Of a stretch of 64,000 bases of DNA, positions 9,075 to 19,147 are shown one piece after another. The position numbers and the translations under genes were made by a program. The notes beneath the pieces are model-generated. The model did no database searches, had not been told where the DNA came from, and saw nothing but the letters and a program-made list of their open reading frames with translations. The DNA comes from an uncultured Ignavibacteriales bacterium (GTDB lineage Bacteria; Zixibacteria; MSB-5A5; GN15; FEB-12), in NCBI GenBank assembly GCA_964464605.1, contig CAYXJN010000002.1, positions 248,001 through 312,000 of the forward strand. The letters run 5' to 3'. Positions within the stretch are counted from its first letter, which is position 1; each line of letters opens with the position of its first letter.

Positions 9075-12000
9075 TTTTCTTTTCTCTCTTAATCTGCCAT
9101 AACCGCCAGTATGTATACACAACTGGAATAATTTCCAAGGTAAGAAACGCAGACGTAATCAGCCCGCCGACCATCGGCGCCGCGATTCGCTTCATTACAT
9201 CCGCGCCGCTTCCGGTTGCCCACAAGAGCGGCACCAAACCGATGAGCATGGTCGAAACGGTCATCAATTTCGGGCGGACGCGCATGACGGTTCCTTCCAT
9301 ATGCGCCCAGATAATATCGTTCAAATCCCGAATCTTCCCGGCTTTCTTCCGTTTTTCATATGCCTGGTCTAAATAGAGAGTCATCACGATTCCGGTTTGG
9401 GTCGCCAATCCGACCAAGGCAATAATCCCGACAAGTGTTGCCGTCGAATAATGGTAATCAAGGAAATACATCAGCCAGATCGATCCGACTAATGCAAACG
9501 GTACTGAGGCGAGCACAATCAATGTTTCGGTGAAGTTCCGGAAATTCAGATAGAGCAGGATAATGACCAAAATGAAGGTTATCGGAATAACCACTTTCAT
9601 CCGCTTGGTCATCTCCTCAAGCAGTTCATATTGACCTGTCCATTTCAAGTAGGAACCGGCAGGAACGATCACTTCATTTTTTGCGACTTCTTTCGCTTCA
9701 GTAACATAGCTGCCGATATCCCGTTGATTTTGATCGATATCGATATAGACATAGCCTACCAACATTCCGTTTTCATCACGGATCATTGAGGGACCACCGG
9801 ATATCTTCACATCCGCCACCTGCCCAAGTGGTACAGCGCCAACGGCACTTCTCGTATTGGAGGTTTCAACTTGCCCGGACATACTCATCCCTTCCGACGT
9901 ATTCGAACTGTTTCCGGTGAATGGAATAATGACCTGCTTGAGTTTTTCAACATCGTTACGCAGGTCGCGCGGATAGCGGACATTGATTGTAAACCGGTTG
10001 CGTCCTTCGACCGTCATTTCAATCGGCATACCCCCTATTGCCGTTTCGATAACTTCGTTCACGTCCGCAATACTCAACCCATACCTGGTTAAGGCATTTC
10101 TGTTCGGAATGATATCAATATAAAATCCACCGACATTCCGATCCGAAAACACCGAGCGCGTCCCCGGAATTTTGGAAAGGGACTTTTCGAGTTCTATTCC
10201 GATTCTTTCGATCTCATTCAAGTCATCTCCGAAAATCTTGATACCGATAGGCGTGCGGATGCCGGTCGAAAGCATGTCGATACGGGTCTTGATTGGCATC
10301 GTCCAGGCATTCGTCCAGCCCGGCATTTGCAGGGCGCTGTCCAGTTTTGCGTTCAGCTCTTTCCAGTTCATGGTCCGTTCTTCCGGCCACACCCATCGGA
10401 ACGGCGGCTTAACTGCATCCGGTATCCAATTCGAATACCAGCGCCCTTGCTGTACTTTTCGCCATTCGTCCGGCGGCTTTAACTGCACTACCGTTTCAAA
10501 CATCGAAAGCGGTGCCGGGTCGGTCGCCGTTTCGGCGCGACCTGCTTTGCCGTAAACAGATTGTACTTCCGGAAATGAGCGAATCACTCGGTCCTGCACT
10601 TGCAGGTATTGCTTAGCCGCTTCTATAGAGATGTTCGGAAACGTCGTCGGCATATAGAGAATATCCCCTTCGTTGAGCGGTGGCATAAACTCCGAGCCGA
10701 TTTTTTGAATCATCGGAATAGCGGATACAATTGCCAGCAGGCCAATCGCGACGGTTGTTTTCGGATTGCGAAGCGCGACATACACAAATGGTTTGTAGAG
10801 CCTGATAATAAACCGGGAAATCGGATGCTCAGACTCGTGGCGTACTTTCCCTTTTAAGAATGTCGTCATCAAGGCCGGAGCAATCGTTATCGCCGTCATC
10901 GCGCCGAAGAACATGGCGAAAGTTTTAGTATAGGCAAGCGGCGTGAATAGTCGCCCACCCTGACCGGTCAGGGCAAAGATAGGGAGAAAGGCGATTGTGA
11001 TAATCAGGAGTGAATAGAAAATCGAAGGGCCGACTTCCTTCGCCGCAGCAATTACTACTTCTTTTCGGTCTGCCTGCGGCGGCGCCTTCTCCAGTCGCTT
11101 ATGCGCGTTTTCCACCAATACAATCGCCGCATCAATCATCGCCCCAATCGCAATCGCAATTCCCCCAAGGCTCATGATATTAGAATTGATACCGAGCGCG
11201 TACATCGGCACAAAGGACAACCCGACCGCAACCGGCAGGGTAAGAATCGGGACCAGTGAACTGCCGAAATGAAAGAGGAACAGCAAGATGATGAGCGCAA
11301 CGACAATCCCTTCTTCGATCAGGGCATGCTGTAAAGTTTCAATCGAACGGTCAATCAATCCACTTCGATCGTAAACAATCTGATAACTGACTCCTTCAGG
11401 AAATGACAGTTTGAGTTCTTCAAGTTTTTGCTTCACCCGCCCAATTACATCAAGTGCATTTTCGTTGTAGCGCATAATAACAATTGCGCCGACCGCTTCG
11501 CCGATACCATCCAGCTCGCCGACACCCCGGCGGATATCCGGCCCGAACGATACATTGGCGACATTTCCCAATAGAATTGGTGTGCCGGTTGCAGATGTGC
11601 CAAGGCTGATTTTACGGATAGCATCAAGGTCTTGGATATATCCCTTACCCCGGATGTAATACTCACGTTCTGACAATTCCAGCATTCGCCCGCCGACATC
11701 ATTGTTACTGGCGCGAATGGCGCGAGTGATATCGTTTACCGAAAGATTGTATCCCCGGAGCTTATTGGGATCAACTTCGACCTGATACTGTTTCTGATAC
11801 CCGCCGATACTGGCGACTTCCGCCACACCGGGTACGGATGACAAGGCGTAACGAAGGGTGAAATCCTGAAAGGTTCGCAAGTCGGCCAGATCATAGTTGC
11901 CGCTTGAATCGACTAAGGCATACTGAAAGACCCAGCCGACTGAAGAGGCATCCGGACCGAGTGAGGGAGTCACCCCTTGCGGCAGTTTCCCTTCGATCTG

Positions 12001-12345
12001 TTTCATGTACTCAAGTACGCGGCTGCGCGCCCAATAGATATCGGTGTTTTCTTCGAAGATGACATAGACAAACGACATCCCGAACATTGAATACCCGCGA
12101 ACCGCCGAAACACCGGGGGCAGCAAGCAAAGAAGTCACTATCGGATAGGTAACCTGATCTTCAACCAAATCCGGACTGCGCCCCATCCACTCCGAATAGA
12201 TAATAACCTGCACATCGGATAAATCGGGAATAGCATCCAGCGGGATATTTTTAATCGCATACCAGGAAACGAAAATGGCGAAAGTCGTGGCGACAAACAC
12301 TACCGCCCGGTTACGCGCGCAAAAGTCTATGATTGCTTGAATCAT
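9034..12345 (-). CDS. cusA: CusA/CzcA family heavy-metal RND efflux permease
   Basis: [30 protein letters not shown] motifs. Confidence 0.95.
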   Translation of the reverse strand: MIQAIIDFCARNRAVVFVATTFAIFVSWYAIKNIPLDAIPDLSDVQVIIYSEWMGRSPDLVEDQVTYPIVTSLLAAPGVSAVRGYSMFGMSFVYVIFEENTDIYWARSRVLEYMKQIEGKLPQGVTPSLGPDASSVGWVFQYALVDSSGNYDLADLRTFQDFTLRYALSSVPGVAEVASIGGYQKQYQVEVDPNKLRGYNLSVNDITRAIRASNNDVGGRMLELSEREYYIRGKGYIQDLDAIRKISLGTSATGTPILLGNVANVSFGPDIRRGVGELDGIGEAVGAIVIMRYNENALDVIGRVKQKLEELKLSFPEGVSYQIVYDRSGLIDRSIETLQHALIEEGIVVALIILLFLFHFGSSLVPILTLPVAVGLSFVPMYALGINSNIMSLGGIAIAIGAMIDAAIVLVENAHKRLEKAPPQADRKEVVIAAAKEVGPSIFYSLLIITIAFLPIFALTGQGGRLFTPLAYTKTFAMFFGAMTAITIAPALMTTFLKGKVRHESEHPISRFIIRLYKPFVYVALRNPKTTVAIGLLAIVSAIPMIQKIGSEFMPPLNEGDILYMPTTFPNISIEAAKQYLQVQDRVIRSFPEVQSVYGKAGRAETATDPAPLSMFETVVQLKPPDEWRKVQQGRWYSNWIPDAVKPPFRWVWPEERTMNWKELNAKLDSALQMPGWTNAWTMPIKTRIDMLSTGIRTPIGIKIFGDDLNEIERIGIELEKSLSKIPGTRSVFSDRNVGGFYIDIIPNRNALTRYGLSIADVNEVIETAIGGMPIEMTVEGRNRFTINVRYPRDLRNDVEKLKQVIIPFTGNSSNTSEGMSMSGQVETSNTRSAVGAVPLGQVADVKISGGPSMIRDENGMLVGYVYIDIDQNQRDIGSYVTEAKEVAKNEVIVPAGSYLKWTGQYELLEEMTKRMKVVIPITFILVIILLYLNFRNFTETLIVLASVPFALVGSIWLMYFLDYHYSTATLVGIIALVGLATQTGIVMTLYLDQAYEKRKKAGKIRDLNDIIWAHMEGTVMRVRPKLMTVSTMLIGLVPLLWATGSGADVMKRIAAPMVGGLITSAFLTLEIIPVVYTYWRLWQIKREKKINGASSLSRGDNE

Positions 12346-12348
12346 GGC

Positions 12349-13962
12349 TTACTTCCCGTGTCCGGCATGTTCATTGGTGGTGTTACCCATACCGGCAATC
12401 GCAGCCTTAAGGCGGCTTTCCGAATCGATCAGGAAATTGGCACTGGTGACAACGGTTTCACCTTCGGAAAGTCCCGATAAAATTTCCACCAACTCATCAC
12501 TCTTTGCCCCGACCGTTACCAAACGGGGTTCAAAATGAGTTCCTCCATGCACGACGAACAGATAATCCCGGTCACCGTTCTCCATTAATGCTTCCCGTGC
12601 GACAGTTAGCACCGGATCACCGGAACTTCCCAACTGGACTTCGGCAAACATACCCGGCTTTAATTTAAGTAACGGGTTTTGAAAGTGCAGACGAACCTGC
12701 GCAGTGCGTGTTAGCTCCGAAACAGTCGGATATACAAACGCAACACTGCCATGAAACTGATCGCCGGGGAATGCAGAAAGGGTGATGGCGGCATCCTGTC
12801 CGATTTCGACATCCGCTAAATCTGATTCATAAACATCGACCAGCACCCAGATTTGCCGCAAATCAGCAACGGTAAAAAGAGATTGATCCGACATAATCGC
12901 CTGTCCTTGCGTCACGTTCTTTTCAATCACGATACCGGTAATTGGGCTGTGAATCGGAACTTCGGTCGATGCCTTCCCGTTCTTTTCCAATTGCGAAATT
13001 TCATTTTCAGCAAGGCCGAGCAAGTTGAGCCGCTGTTTTGCGGCTTCGACCAATTGTTTTCTCGTTTCGACCAAGAATGGATCACTGCCTGTCTGCTTAG
13101 TGCTGTTCAATGCACTCAAGTAATCCTGCTCCGCCTGATACAAATCCTGACTGTACAGGGTAAAGAGTGTTTCCCCCTGCTTCACTTCCTCACCGGTTTT
13201 GTTGACGTATAATTTCTGTATCCAGCCTTCAGTGCGAACGCTTATTTTTGCAATCTTGCTTTCATCGGCGGTAATAGTACCGGGGTAACTGCTCGATTGC
13301 GTGACTGTCCGCATTTCGGCAGTACCGGTACGAACGCCGATAAGCTGCACCCGTTGAGATTCAAGCGTCACCGGGACTAAACCGGGAACACCGGAAGTTA
13401 CCCCAGCGTCAGTAACCTGTTCCAAAAACATATTACACTCAGGACATCTTCCCATTGTGTCCGAAACTATTTCCGGATGCATCGGACAGGTGAATTTCCC
13501 CGGCGCTGCCTCCGGCCTGGCGCTCATGGCAATCAATTCCAAATTCATTCCGCATTTCGGGCATTGACTGGGCGTATCGGAAACGACTTCCGGGTGCATC
13601 GGGCATGCGTATCGGTTCTTTGCCTGCAGCGTGTCAGGGGTCATGGGATGAGCAGCATCAACGGCAACCGTATCTGCGCTGTTTTTCATCGGTACCAAAC
13701 TCATACCGCAGATTGGGCAATCTCCCGGCTGGCTGCTGATATAAGTCGGATGCATCGGGCAATGATACTGCACGCCACCTGTCTCACCGCCCGACCAGGG
13801 AGCAAGATCAAAATAAGAAAGCAGCATTACTAAAGCAAAAACACCCATCGCTGCTAAAATCCCCCAGCGCACTAAGCCCATTGTTTTGGTCAAAGGCGGT
13901 GCTTTTTCTTCCCCTTCGGGCAGCGGCTCATGCTCGTGCGGGTCGTATGTATGGTTAGTCAT
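12349..13962 (-). CDS. cusB: CusB-type RND periplasmic adaptor with three heavy-metal-binding domains
   Basis: Three CPMHP...CPxC domains, MFP core (LKPGMFA), C-terminal FLIDSES. Confidence 0.9.
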   Translation of the reverse strand: MTNHTYDPHEHEPLPEGEEKAPPLTKTMGLVRWGILAAMGVFALVMLLSYFDLAPWSGGETGGVQYHCPMHPTYISSQPGDCPICGMSLVPMKNSADTVAVDAAHPMTPDTLQAKNRYACPMHPEVVSDTPSQCPKCGMNLELIAMSARPEAAPGKFTCPMHPEIVSDTMGRCPECNMFLEQVTDAGVTSGVPGLVPVTLESQRVQLIGVRTGTAEMRTVTQSSSYPGTITADESKIAKISVRTEGWIQKLYVNKTGEEVKQGETLFTLYSQDLYQAEQDYLSALNSTKQTGSDPFLVETRKQLVEAAKQRLNLLGLAENEISQLEKNGKASTEVPIHSPITGIVIEKNVTQGQAIMSDQSLFTVADLRQIWVLVDVYESDLADVEIGQDAAITLSAFPGDQFHGSVAFVYPTVSELTRTAQVRLHFQNPLLKLKPGMFAEVQLGSSGDPVLTVAREALMENGDRDYLFVVHGGTHFEPRLVTVGAKSDELVEILSGLSEGETVVTSANFLIDSESRLKAAIAGMGNTTNEHAGHGK

Positions 13963-13986
13963 ATCTGTTCCATCCTTTATAGTGAT

Positions 13987-15336
13987 TTATTTTATCACTT
14001 CGTCTTCAACTAAGTGTTTGGGATCGTTGATAAGGCTTTGAATCTCCGCGCTCACCTGTGCGAACTGATTGCTGAACTGATTGAACATCCGCCGATCTTT
14101 GTAAATCATCTGGACATACTCAAGCAGGTCTGTAAACATCACCCGGTTAGCGGTATATCCGGCCAGCGCGCTTTGGAATGCCTCCTGATCGGCGGGAATG
14201 ATATTGGTTTGATACAGGTTAACCGATATTTCCAAATGCTGCGCCGTCAGATGCAAAAGCCTCACTTTCGATTCGATTTCCCGCTTCAACAGTGTCGATT
14301 CAGCCCCTACGCTCTTTTGCATCGCCTCCATTGATGCCGCCATCCGATTGTTGCGGCTGCGTGAAAAAATCGGGAGTGAAACTGAAGCGCCGATACTGAC
14401 CATATCATCCCGTTCCGTAGACAGCCCGGTATGATCGGTCGAATAACCGCTTCTAAATCCGTAGCTTGCCGAAACGCCGAACATCGGCCAGTTCATCCGC
14501 CGCGATGCCGCTCCGAAGAGTCCGTATGCTTCCGCCTTTCGTGACAGGGTTTGCAATTCCGTACTATTGGCAAATGCCTCCGTAATCCATTCATCAGGAA
14601 GCTGCGGAGGAATAATTGTCGCCGGTGGGGCAGCGAGTGAAACAACGACATCCACATCGGCCCCGCGCAAAATGTTGAGCATATGGCGCGCTTCATCGAC
14701 CATATGGTCTGCTTCGTACAATTCAGTCTGTATTCGCCATTGCTCTGCCTGAGCGGCAAGAACTTCAGCCTGGCTTCCCTGATTAGTCGTCAATCTTGAT
14801 TTCGCTGATTCGATCACCAGTTTCATTAAGTCGTACTGCGCAGAAATATCTTTCAGAATATTGGAGCGATAATAAAAATCAGCGTATGCCATTTTCGCCG
14901 CACGTACCATGTCGACCTGCCTGCTGTGCAGTTCAAATTGTGCCGCCGTTGCTTCTGCTTTTGCCGCTTTTTTGGCCAAACTGCTTTGGCCGGAGTATGG
15001 AATTGACTGACTGATGCCGACCATCCGCATCGTCATATCATCCATATCGAGATCAAAACTTGTCGGGGCATTTTCAATGCCGAGCATCAGCATCGGGTCT
15101 TCCCACCCGCCTGTCGATGCTGCCTTGCGTTCCGCCGCCAGCTGCATGAATCCGGCTGCGCTAATTCGATCATTACGGCGAAGCACCTGAGCAATGACCT
15201 TTTCAATCGTGAGCGTATCGACAGCAGGCGACGTAACCGGCATCGGTTCAATCTGTGCATTCACAAATGAAGTATGTAAAAGCAATACTGCTGTCAAACT
15301 GATGACACGCGGTACGGCTATGGATACAAAACGCAT
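13987..15336 (-). CDS. TolC/CusC family outer membrane efflux protein
   Basis: Signal peptide, SQSIPYSG and SLPIF OEP motifs; position in RND operon; RBS GGAG before ATG 15336. Confidence 0.88.
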   Translation of the reverse strand: MRFVSIAVPRVISLTAVLLLHTSFVNAQIEPMPVTSPAVDTLTIEKVIAQVLRRNDRISAAGFMQLAAERKAASTGGWEDPMLMLGIENAPTSFDLDMDDMTMRMVGISQSIPYSGQSSLAKKAAKAEATAAQFELHSRQVDMVRAAKMAYADFYYRSNILKDISAQYDLMKLVIESAKSRLTTNQGSQAEVLAAQAEQWRIQTELYEADHMVDEARHMLNILRGADVDVVVSLAAPPATIIPPQLPDEWITEAFANSTELQTLSRKAEAYGLFGAASRRMNWPMFGVSASYGFRSGYSTDHTGLSTERDDMVSIGASVSLPIFSRSRNNRMAASMEAMQKSVGAESTLLKREIESKVRLLHLTAQHLEISVNLYQTNIIPADQEAFQSALAGYTANRVMFTDLLEYVQMIYKDRRMFNQFSNQFAQVSAEIQSLINDPKHLVEDEVIK

Positions 15337-15459
15337 AACATCTCCACCGTCTTCCAAACGGTCTACATGAATCGTTCCCTGCTGATATATCACCAGCAGT
15401 GTTAGTTAAATGATAAAAAGGAAATAGTACCGGGATACCCGGTCAGATATGACGGGATG

Positions 15460-15906
15460 TCAGATACGTAAAATTGGATTGAACGATGCGTGAGAAACAA
15501 TATCGGGAGGGTGTACACTCCAGTATGCTTTCGCTTGTGCGATATCAAGAGTATACGATGTCGTTTGAACCAACGCCGGAGCAAGATCGATTGCACCGAT
15601 TGCTTTATCTATCCGATCGAGCGAAGCAAAGTCGGCTGTTTTGATATAATAAAACCAGTTGGAGCAGCACTTGTCCGAAGAGCAGTTTTTGACCGGCGCT
15701 TGCGGCTGTTCAGTTTCGGTTGATTTCGACGCACAGCAGCTATGCTTCGACGTTTCAGCAACCACCGGCTTTGCACTGCAAGAATGCTTGGATTCGGCAC
15801 TGAATACGATGCCGCAAATACATGGCGTATGAACCATGTTAATCATCAAGAGAACCGCGAAGATTGCGGTGAATGATTTGGATATTTTGCTCATACTCTT
15901 TTTCAT
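15460..15906 (-). CDS. Cys/His-rich exported small protein heading the efflux operon (alternative start 15894)
   Basis: Hydrophobic N-terminus, CICG/HSC/HSCC/CC clusters, C-terminal HPPD...LRI. Confidence 0.7.
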   Translation of the reverse strand: MKKSMSKISKSFTAIFAVLLMINMVHTPCICGIVFSAESKHSCSAKPVVAETSKHSCCASKSTETEQPQAPVKNCSSDKCCSNWFYYIKTADFASLDRIDKAIGAIDLAPALVQTTSYTLDIAQAKAYWSVHPPDIVSHASFNPILRI

Positions 15907-15933
15907 ATATCGGCAATGGTCTTACAAAGGTCA

Positions 15934-15974
15934 ATACAAAAAGTTCCTCCGGGTATTCCTGAGGAACTTTGTAT
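15934..15974 (-). terminator. Probable terminator hairpin of the beta-barrel gene
   Basis: AAAGTTCCTC...GAGGAACTTT inverted repeat with adjacent A-tract. Confidence 0.5.
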
Positions 15975-16028
15975 CTCTATGTAATATAATAAAGTATAGA
16001 CGAAAATTAAAGTGTGTCAACAGGTCGG

Positions 16029-16511
16029 TTAATTACCGAAAGTCCAACCTATGGTGAACTTGGCGTCTGGCGCATCGACCAAGCCGAGCTTTCCTTCTAT
16101 AAACAAATGCCCGGATTTACCTGTTGCCGAACCCTTGCCAATTCCGGCTTGCAGGTACAAAGCAAGGTCGGAGCCGTCGGCGCCATCAGTTGACCAAAAG
16201 ATCGGACCGATGCCGCCACCTAAATACGGCGTCCATTTTCCCCAGTCGGAATTGAAGCGATAGTCCATTTCAAACGACGGCGCTATAACCGTGATATCAT
16301 CACCGAATCCTGCTTCGAGATTGGCTAGCATCATCAGATTATCAGCAATATCGCCGAAATCGATATGACCACCTAAATGGATCTGATCCGGGTTAATTGT
16401 TAACCCTCCTCGCAGTCCTATTCCCTTGAAGCCTGCACCGCGATTGGCGGCCATGGCCGGCGCCGCGCAGAGCAAACCAAGTATAACGGCGAATACAATA
16501 CTCTTTTTCAT
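16029..16511 (-). CDS. Small outer membrane beta-barrel protein
   Basis: Signal peptide, alternating beta pattern, PYLGGGIG, C-terminal IGWTF. Confidence 0.8.
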   Translation of the reverse strand: MKKSIVFAVILGLLCAAPAMAANRGAGFKGIGLRGGLTINPDQIHLGGHIDFGDIADNLMMLANLEAGFGDDITVIAPSFEMDYRFNSDWGKWTPYLGGGIGPIFWSTDGADGSDLALYLQAGIGKGSATGKSGHLFIEGKLGLVDAPDAKFTIGWTFGN

Positions 16512-16578
16512 GCGTAATCCTTGTTAAAGGGTCAAGTTACGACTCTACATTTCAGCGTAGTTTGAAACGCAATGTCTG

Positions 16579-17355
16579 TTATTTCACGGCGATTCGTTCT
16601 GATTCTTTCAGAATGAATACAACTTCGGTACCGGCCGGATAGACGATATCTTGCTTGCCGGTTAAGGCTGCGGCTGCAGTTCCGGCTGCGGCACCGGCAA
16701 CAGCACCGATTTCGGTACTCCCCTTTTTATCAATTACTTTACCGATAATACCGCCGACAATAGCGCCGCCGCCGATCATGGCAACTTGCCGCTTGGTGTG
16801 TGAGCCATGCTTTTCCGCTAAAACATAGGTGTCGATATTTACCCAGTCTCCATTCTCATTCTGGATTGCAGTCAGATGATATTTTATCTCTGCCGGGGTT
16901 TTCATGTGTCCCGATTCGATAACAGTATCGAGTACACCTTCGGCATTAGCGCCTAACGAAAACAACGTTGTTCCATTCACGATTACGGGATGAGCCAGAA
17001 CTGCTCTGAATTTCTCGCCGGTGGAATCGATATCGGTATCGATTGAATCGACAAGCTTTACCATAATAGCGGTACTCTCCGGCATCGTTACATAGGTCGG
17101 TTCAGGTTTCGGTTTTGCTGCAGGCGGCGTGGTTGCCTGCCCGGATGAAGATTGACCCGACGAGTGATCCGATGCTGGTGGTTCGGATGGTATCTGCTGT
17201 TCATTGTTCGACGCTGTTTGATCCGGGGTTGTATTCTGAGTTGTGGTATCGGTCGATGTTGTCTCCCCTGTCTTGCCTTGATTGTCATTGCCACCGCATG
17301 ATGCGATAAACAACGCCGACAGAAGAAACAAAAACGAGCTTCTTAGTAAATGCAT
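16579..17355 (-). CDS. Lipoprotein with TrbI/VirB10-like beta domain and glycine zipper
   Basis: Lipobox IASC, low-complexity T/P/S linker, GGGAIVGGIIG...GAVAGAAAG glycine zipper. Confidence 0.65.
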   Translation of the reverse strand: MHLLRSSFLFLLSALFIASCGGNDNQGKTGETTSTDTTTQNTTPDQTASNNEQQIPSEPPASDHSSGQSSSGQATTPPAAKPKPEPTYVTMPESTAIMVKLVDSIDTDIDSTGEKFRAVLAHPVIVNGTTLFSLGANAEGVLDTVIESGHMKTPAEIKYHLTAIQNENGDWVNIDTYVLAEKHGSHTKRQVAMIGGGAIVGGIIGKVIDKKGSTEIGAVAGAAAGTAAAALTGKQDIVYPAGTEVVFILKESERIAVK

Positions 17356-17546
17356 ACTAACTCCTTGTTAATATTTAATTTTACAGTGAAGAAAACTCTT
17401 TCTTCTTAGACACGCCATATGTCTATTGAGTTCCCTGCCAATTTAGCCCGGTTTGCCCGCCACAACCAAGCAAAATTTTGTGCTTGAAAATAATTTTTCA
17501 CTCTGCTACCCTGTAATGTCGTTGCGTATGAGAAGAAAACATTCTT

Positions 17547-17620
17547 GCCCCCGTAGCTCAGTCGGATAGAGCATCTGCCTTCTAAGCAGGTGGTCGCAGG
17601 TTCGATTCCTGCCGGGGGTA
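17547..17620 (+). tRNA. tRNA-Arg(TCT), CCA not encoded
   Basis: GCCCCCG acceptor, anticodon arm TCTGC-CTTCTAA-GCAGG, GTTCGATTC. Confidence 0.95.
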
Positions 17621-17641
17621 TTTTTAATTCAAGACAAGTGA

Positions 17642-17670
17642 TTGACCAACGGTAACAGACAACATAGTAT
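17642..17670 (+). promoter_or_regulatory. sigma70-type promoter, probably giving a leaderless mRNA
   Basis: TTGACC-17 nt-TAGTAT, 7 nt before ATG 17678. Confidence 0.55.
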
Positions 17671-17677
17671 TGTTGGT

Positions 17678-18513
17678 ATGAATACATTCTCACCTACTGT
17701 TACGCGATTCCGTGAACTTCATCACTCAGGTTGTTTTCTAATTCCCAATCCGTGGGATATAGGTTCAGCGAAAATTCTCCATTACATTGGCTTCCAAGCA
17801 CTCGCGACAACATCGGCAGGATTCGCTTTCTCCCGCGGCTTGCCGGATCAGGTATCGGCGCTATCACTTGAAGAAGTGCTTGTACATTGCAAAGAGATAG
17901 AACATGCAACACCACTACCGGTGAATGCAGATTTTCAATCCGGCTATGCCGATACTCCTGAAGATGTCGCTAAAAGCGTAATCCGTTGCGTGCAGACCGG
18001 AGTTGCGGGATTATCGATTGAAGATTCTACCGGCAATGATTCATCTCCTCTTTATGATTCAACGACAGCAATCGAACGGATAAAAGCAGCGCGGCAAGCA
18101 ATTGATGTTACGAAATCCGGCGTCATCCTTACCGCCCGCTGCGAAGCGGTATTAGTCGGTGCTCCAAACGGAGAACGCATTGTTCTTGAGCGGCTGGCGA
18201 CATTCGCCGAAGCAGGCGCAGATTGTTTGTTTGCACCGGGAGTTAGAGATCCGAAGCTGATTACAGAAATCGTAAACACGGTTGCGCCAAAGCCGGTCAA
18301 CGTGTTGATGTCTGCATCCGTACCGGGAATATCTGTTTCACGGCTTGCTGATTTGGGAGTACGAAGAATATCTGTTGGCTCAGCTCTTTGTCGCGTGGCA
18401 CTCGGTGCTTTTATTCGATCAGCGGAGACTATTTTGAAAAGCGGTGAATTTGATTCACTTGCCGATGCCGCCACATTCAAAAGCCTCAACGATATTTTTG
18501 CAGGCAAAAAATA

Positions 18514-18514
<1 letters not shown>
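17678..18514 (+). CDS. Isocitrate lyase/PEP mutase family protein
   Basis: PNPWDIGSA, ATTSAG, PVNADFQSGY, GLSIED, AGADCLFAPG. Confidence 0.9.
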
Positions 18515-18585
<71 letters not shown>

Positions 18586-18676
18586 ATGAGATTGTTCACT
18601 GAACGTGAAGCTACGCGGGGTATTCCCCATTGTCAATATCGAGGATCCGGTAACAATAACCCGATAACTATAATAT

Positions 18677-19062
18677 AAAACCCCCTCGCAGCGATTTGAT
18701 ACTCACCCGTATGTGCTTCTTTCATACCGGCATCCATATCTTCTCGATGCTCCCTGCGTGGACCTCTTACGGTCTTTACTTTTTTTGAGGGGCAGGGATA
18801 CCCGCCGTATCCCTACCTCCCATTCCCACAAGCTGCGTTATTCCCGCAGTCCTGTGTTATGTATGTAAAAATCAGTGCCGATCTCCACGATCGACAGTGA
18901 TGGTGCACACACAACATCACGTTGTTTGTTTGAATCCGAACTTTCGCGATAACAGCAGAAAATTTCCGCCGGGTAAGCAACTTCTTCGCTCGCGAAGTCC
19001 GACGGTGAGCGATTGGCTCACGTTTATTAAGAACCGTCCTCTTCCCCTATAGAAAAGGCAGC
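18677..19062 (-). ncRNA. Candidate large structured non-coding RNA of about 385 nt, family unknown
   Basis: ORF-free, about 10 helices with G-U pairs favouring the minus strand, TATAAT at 19069-19074, U-rich 3' end. Confidence 0.6.
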
Positions 19063-19147
19063 TACTCTATTATACAAAAAAGTTTTGAGATGGCACGATA
19101 TTTTTTACCCCGTCACGTGTTCGGCCGCACAACTAATCAAGGGTGCA

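Noticed and set aside
7133..17546. Genomic island between tRNA-Pro and tRNA-Arg
   Set aside because: No integrase, transposase or duplicated tRNA 3' end (att site) was seen.
18730..18856. Group I intron-like words on the minus strand (ACUGCGGGAA, ACGCAGC, AAGAUAUGG)
   Set aside because: There is no P5 between the P- and Q-like segments, P7 (GACUA/UAGUC G-binding site) cannot be formed, and no host gene is interrupted.
18677..19062. tmRNA, RNase P, SRP or 6S identity for the structured region
   Set aside because: No tRNA-like ends or T-loop/CCA, no GAGGAAAGUCC, no SRP domain IV motif, and not a single long hairpin.
19091..19106. TGGCACG on the plus strand as a sigma54 promoter
   Set aside because: The -12 TTGC element is missing (reads TTTT), and it would point antisense into tatC.
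18680..19130. Group II intron resemblance (GUGCG near 19130; GCCGGUAUG...GCACAUACGG domain V-like; CUGCGAGGGGG)
   Set aside because: The domain V upper stem/GNRA loop is broken, no domain VI with a bulged A and AY end is seen on that strand, and there is no RT. At most a remote possibility to test with Rfam.
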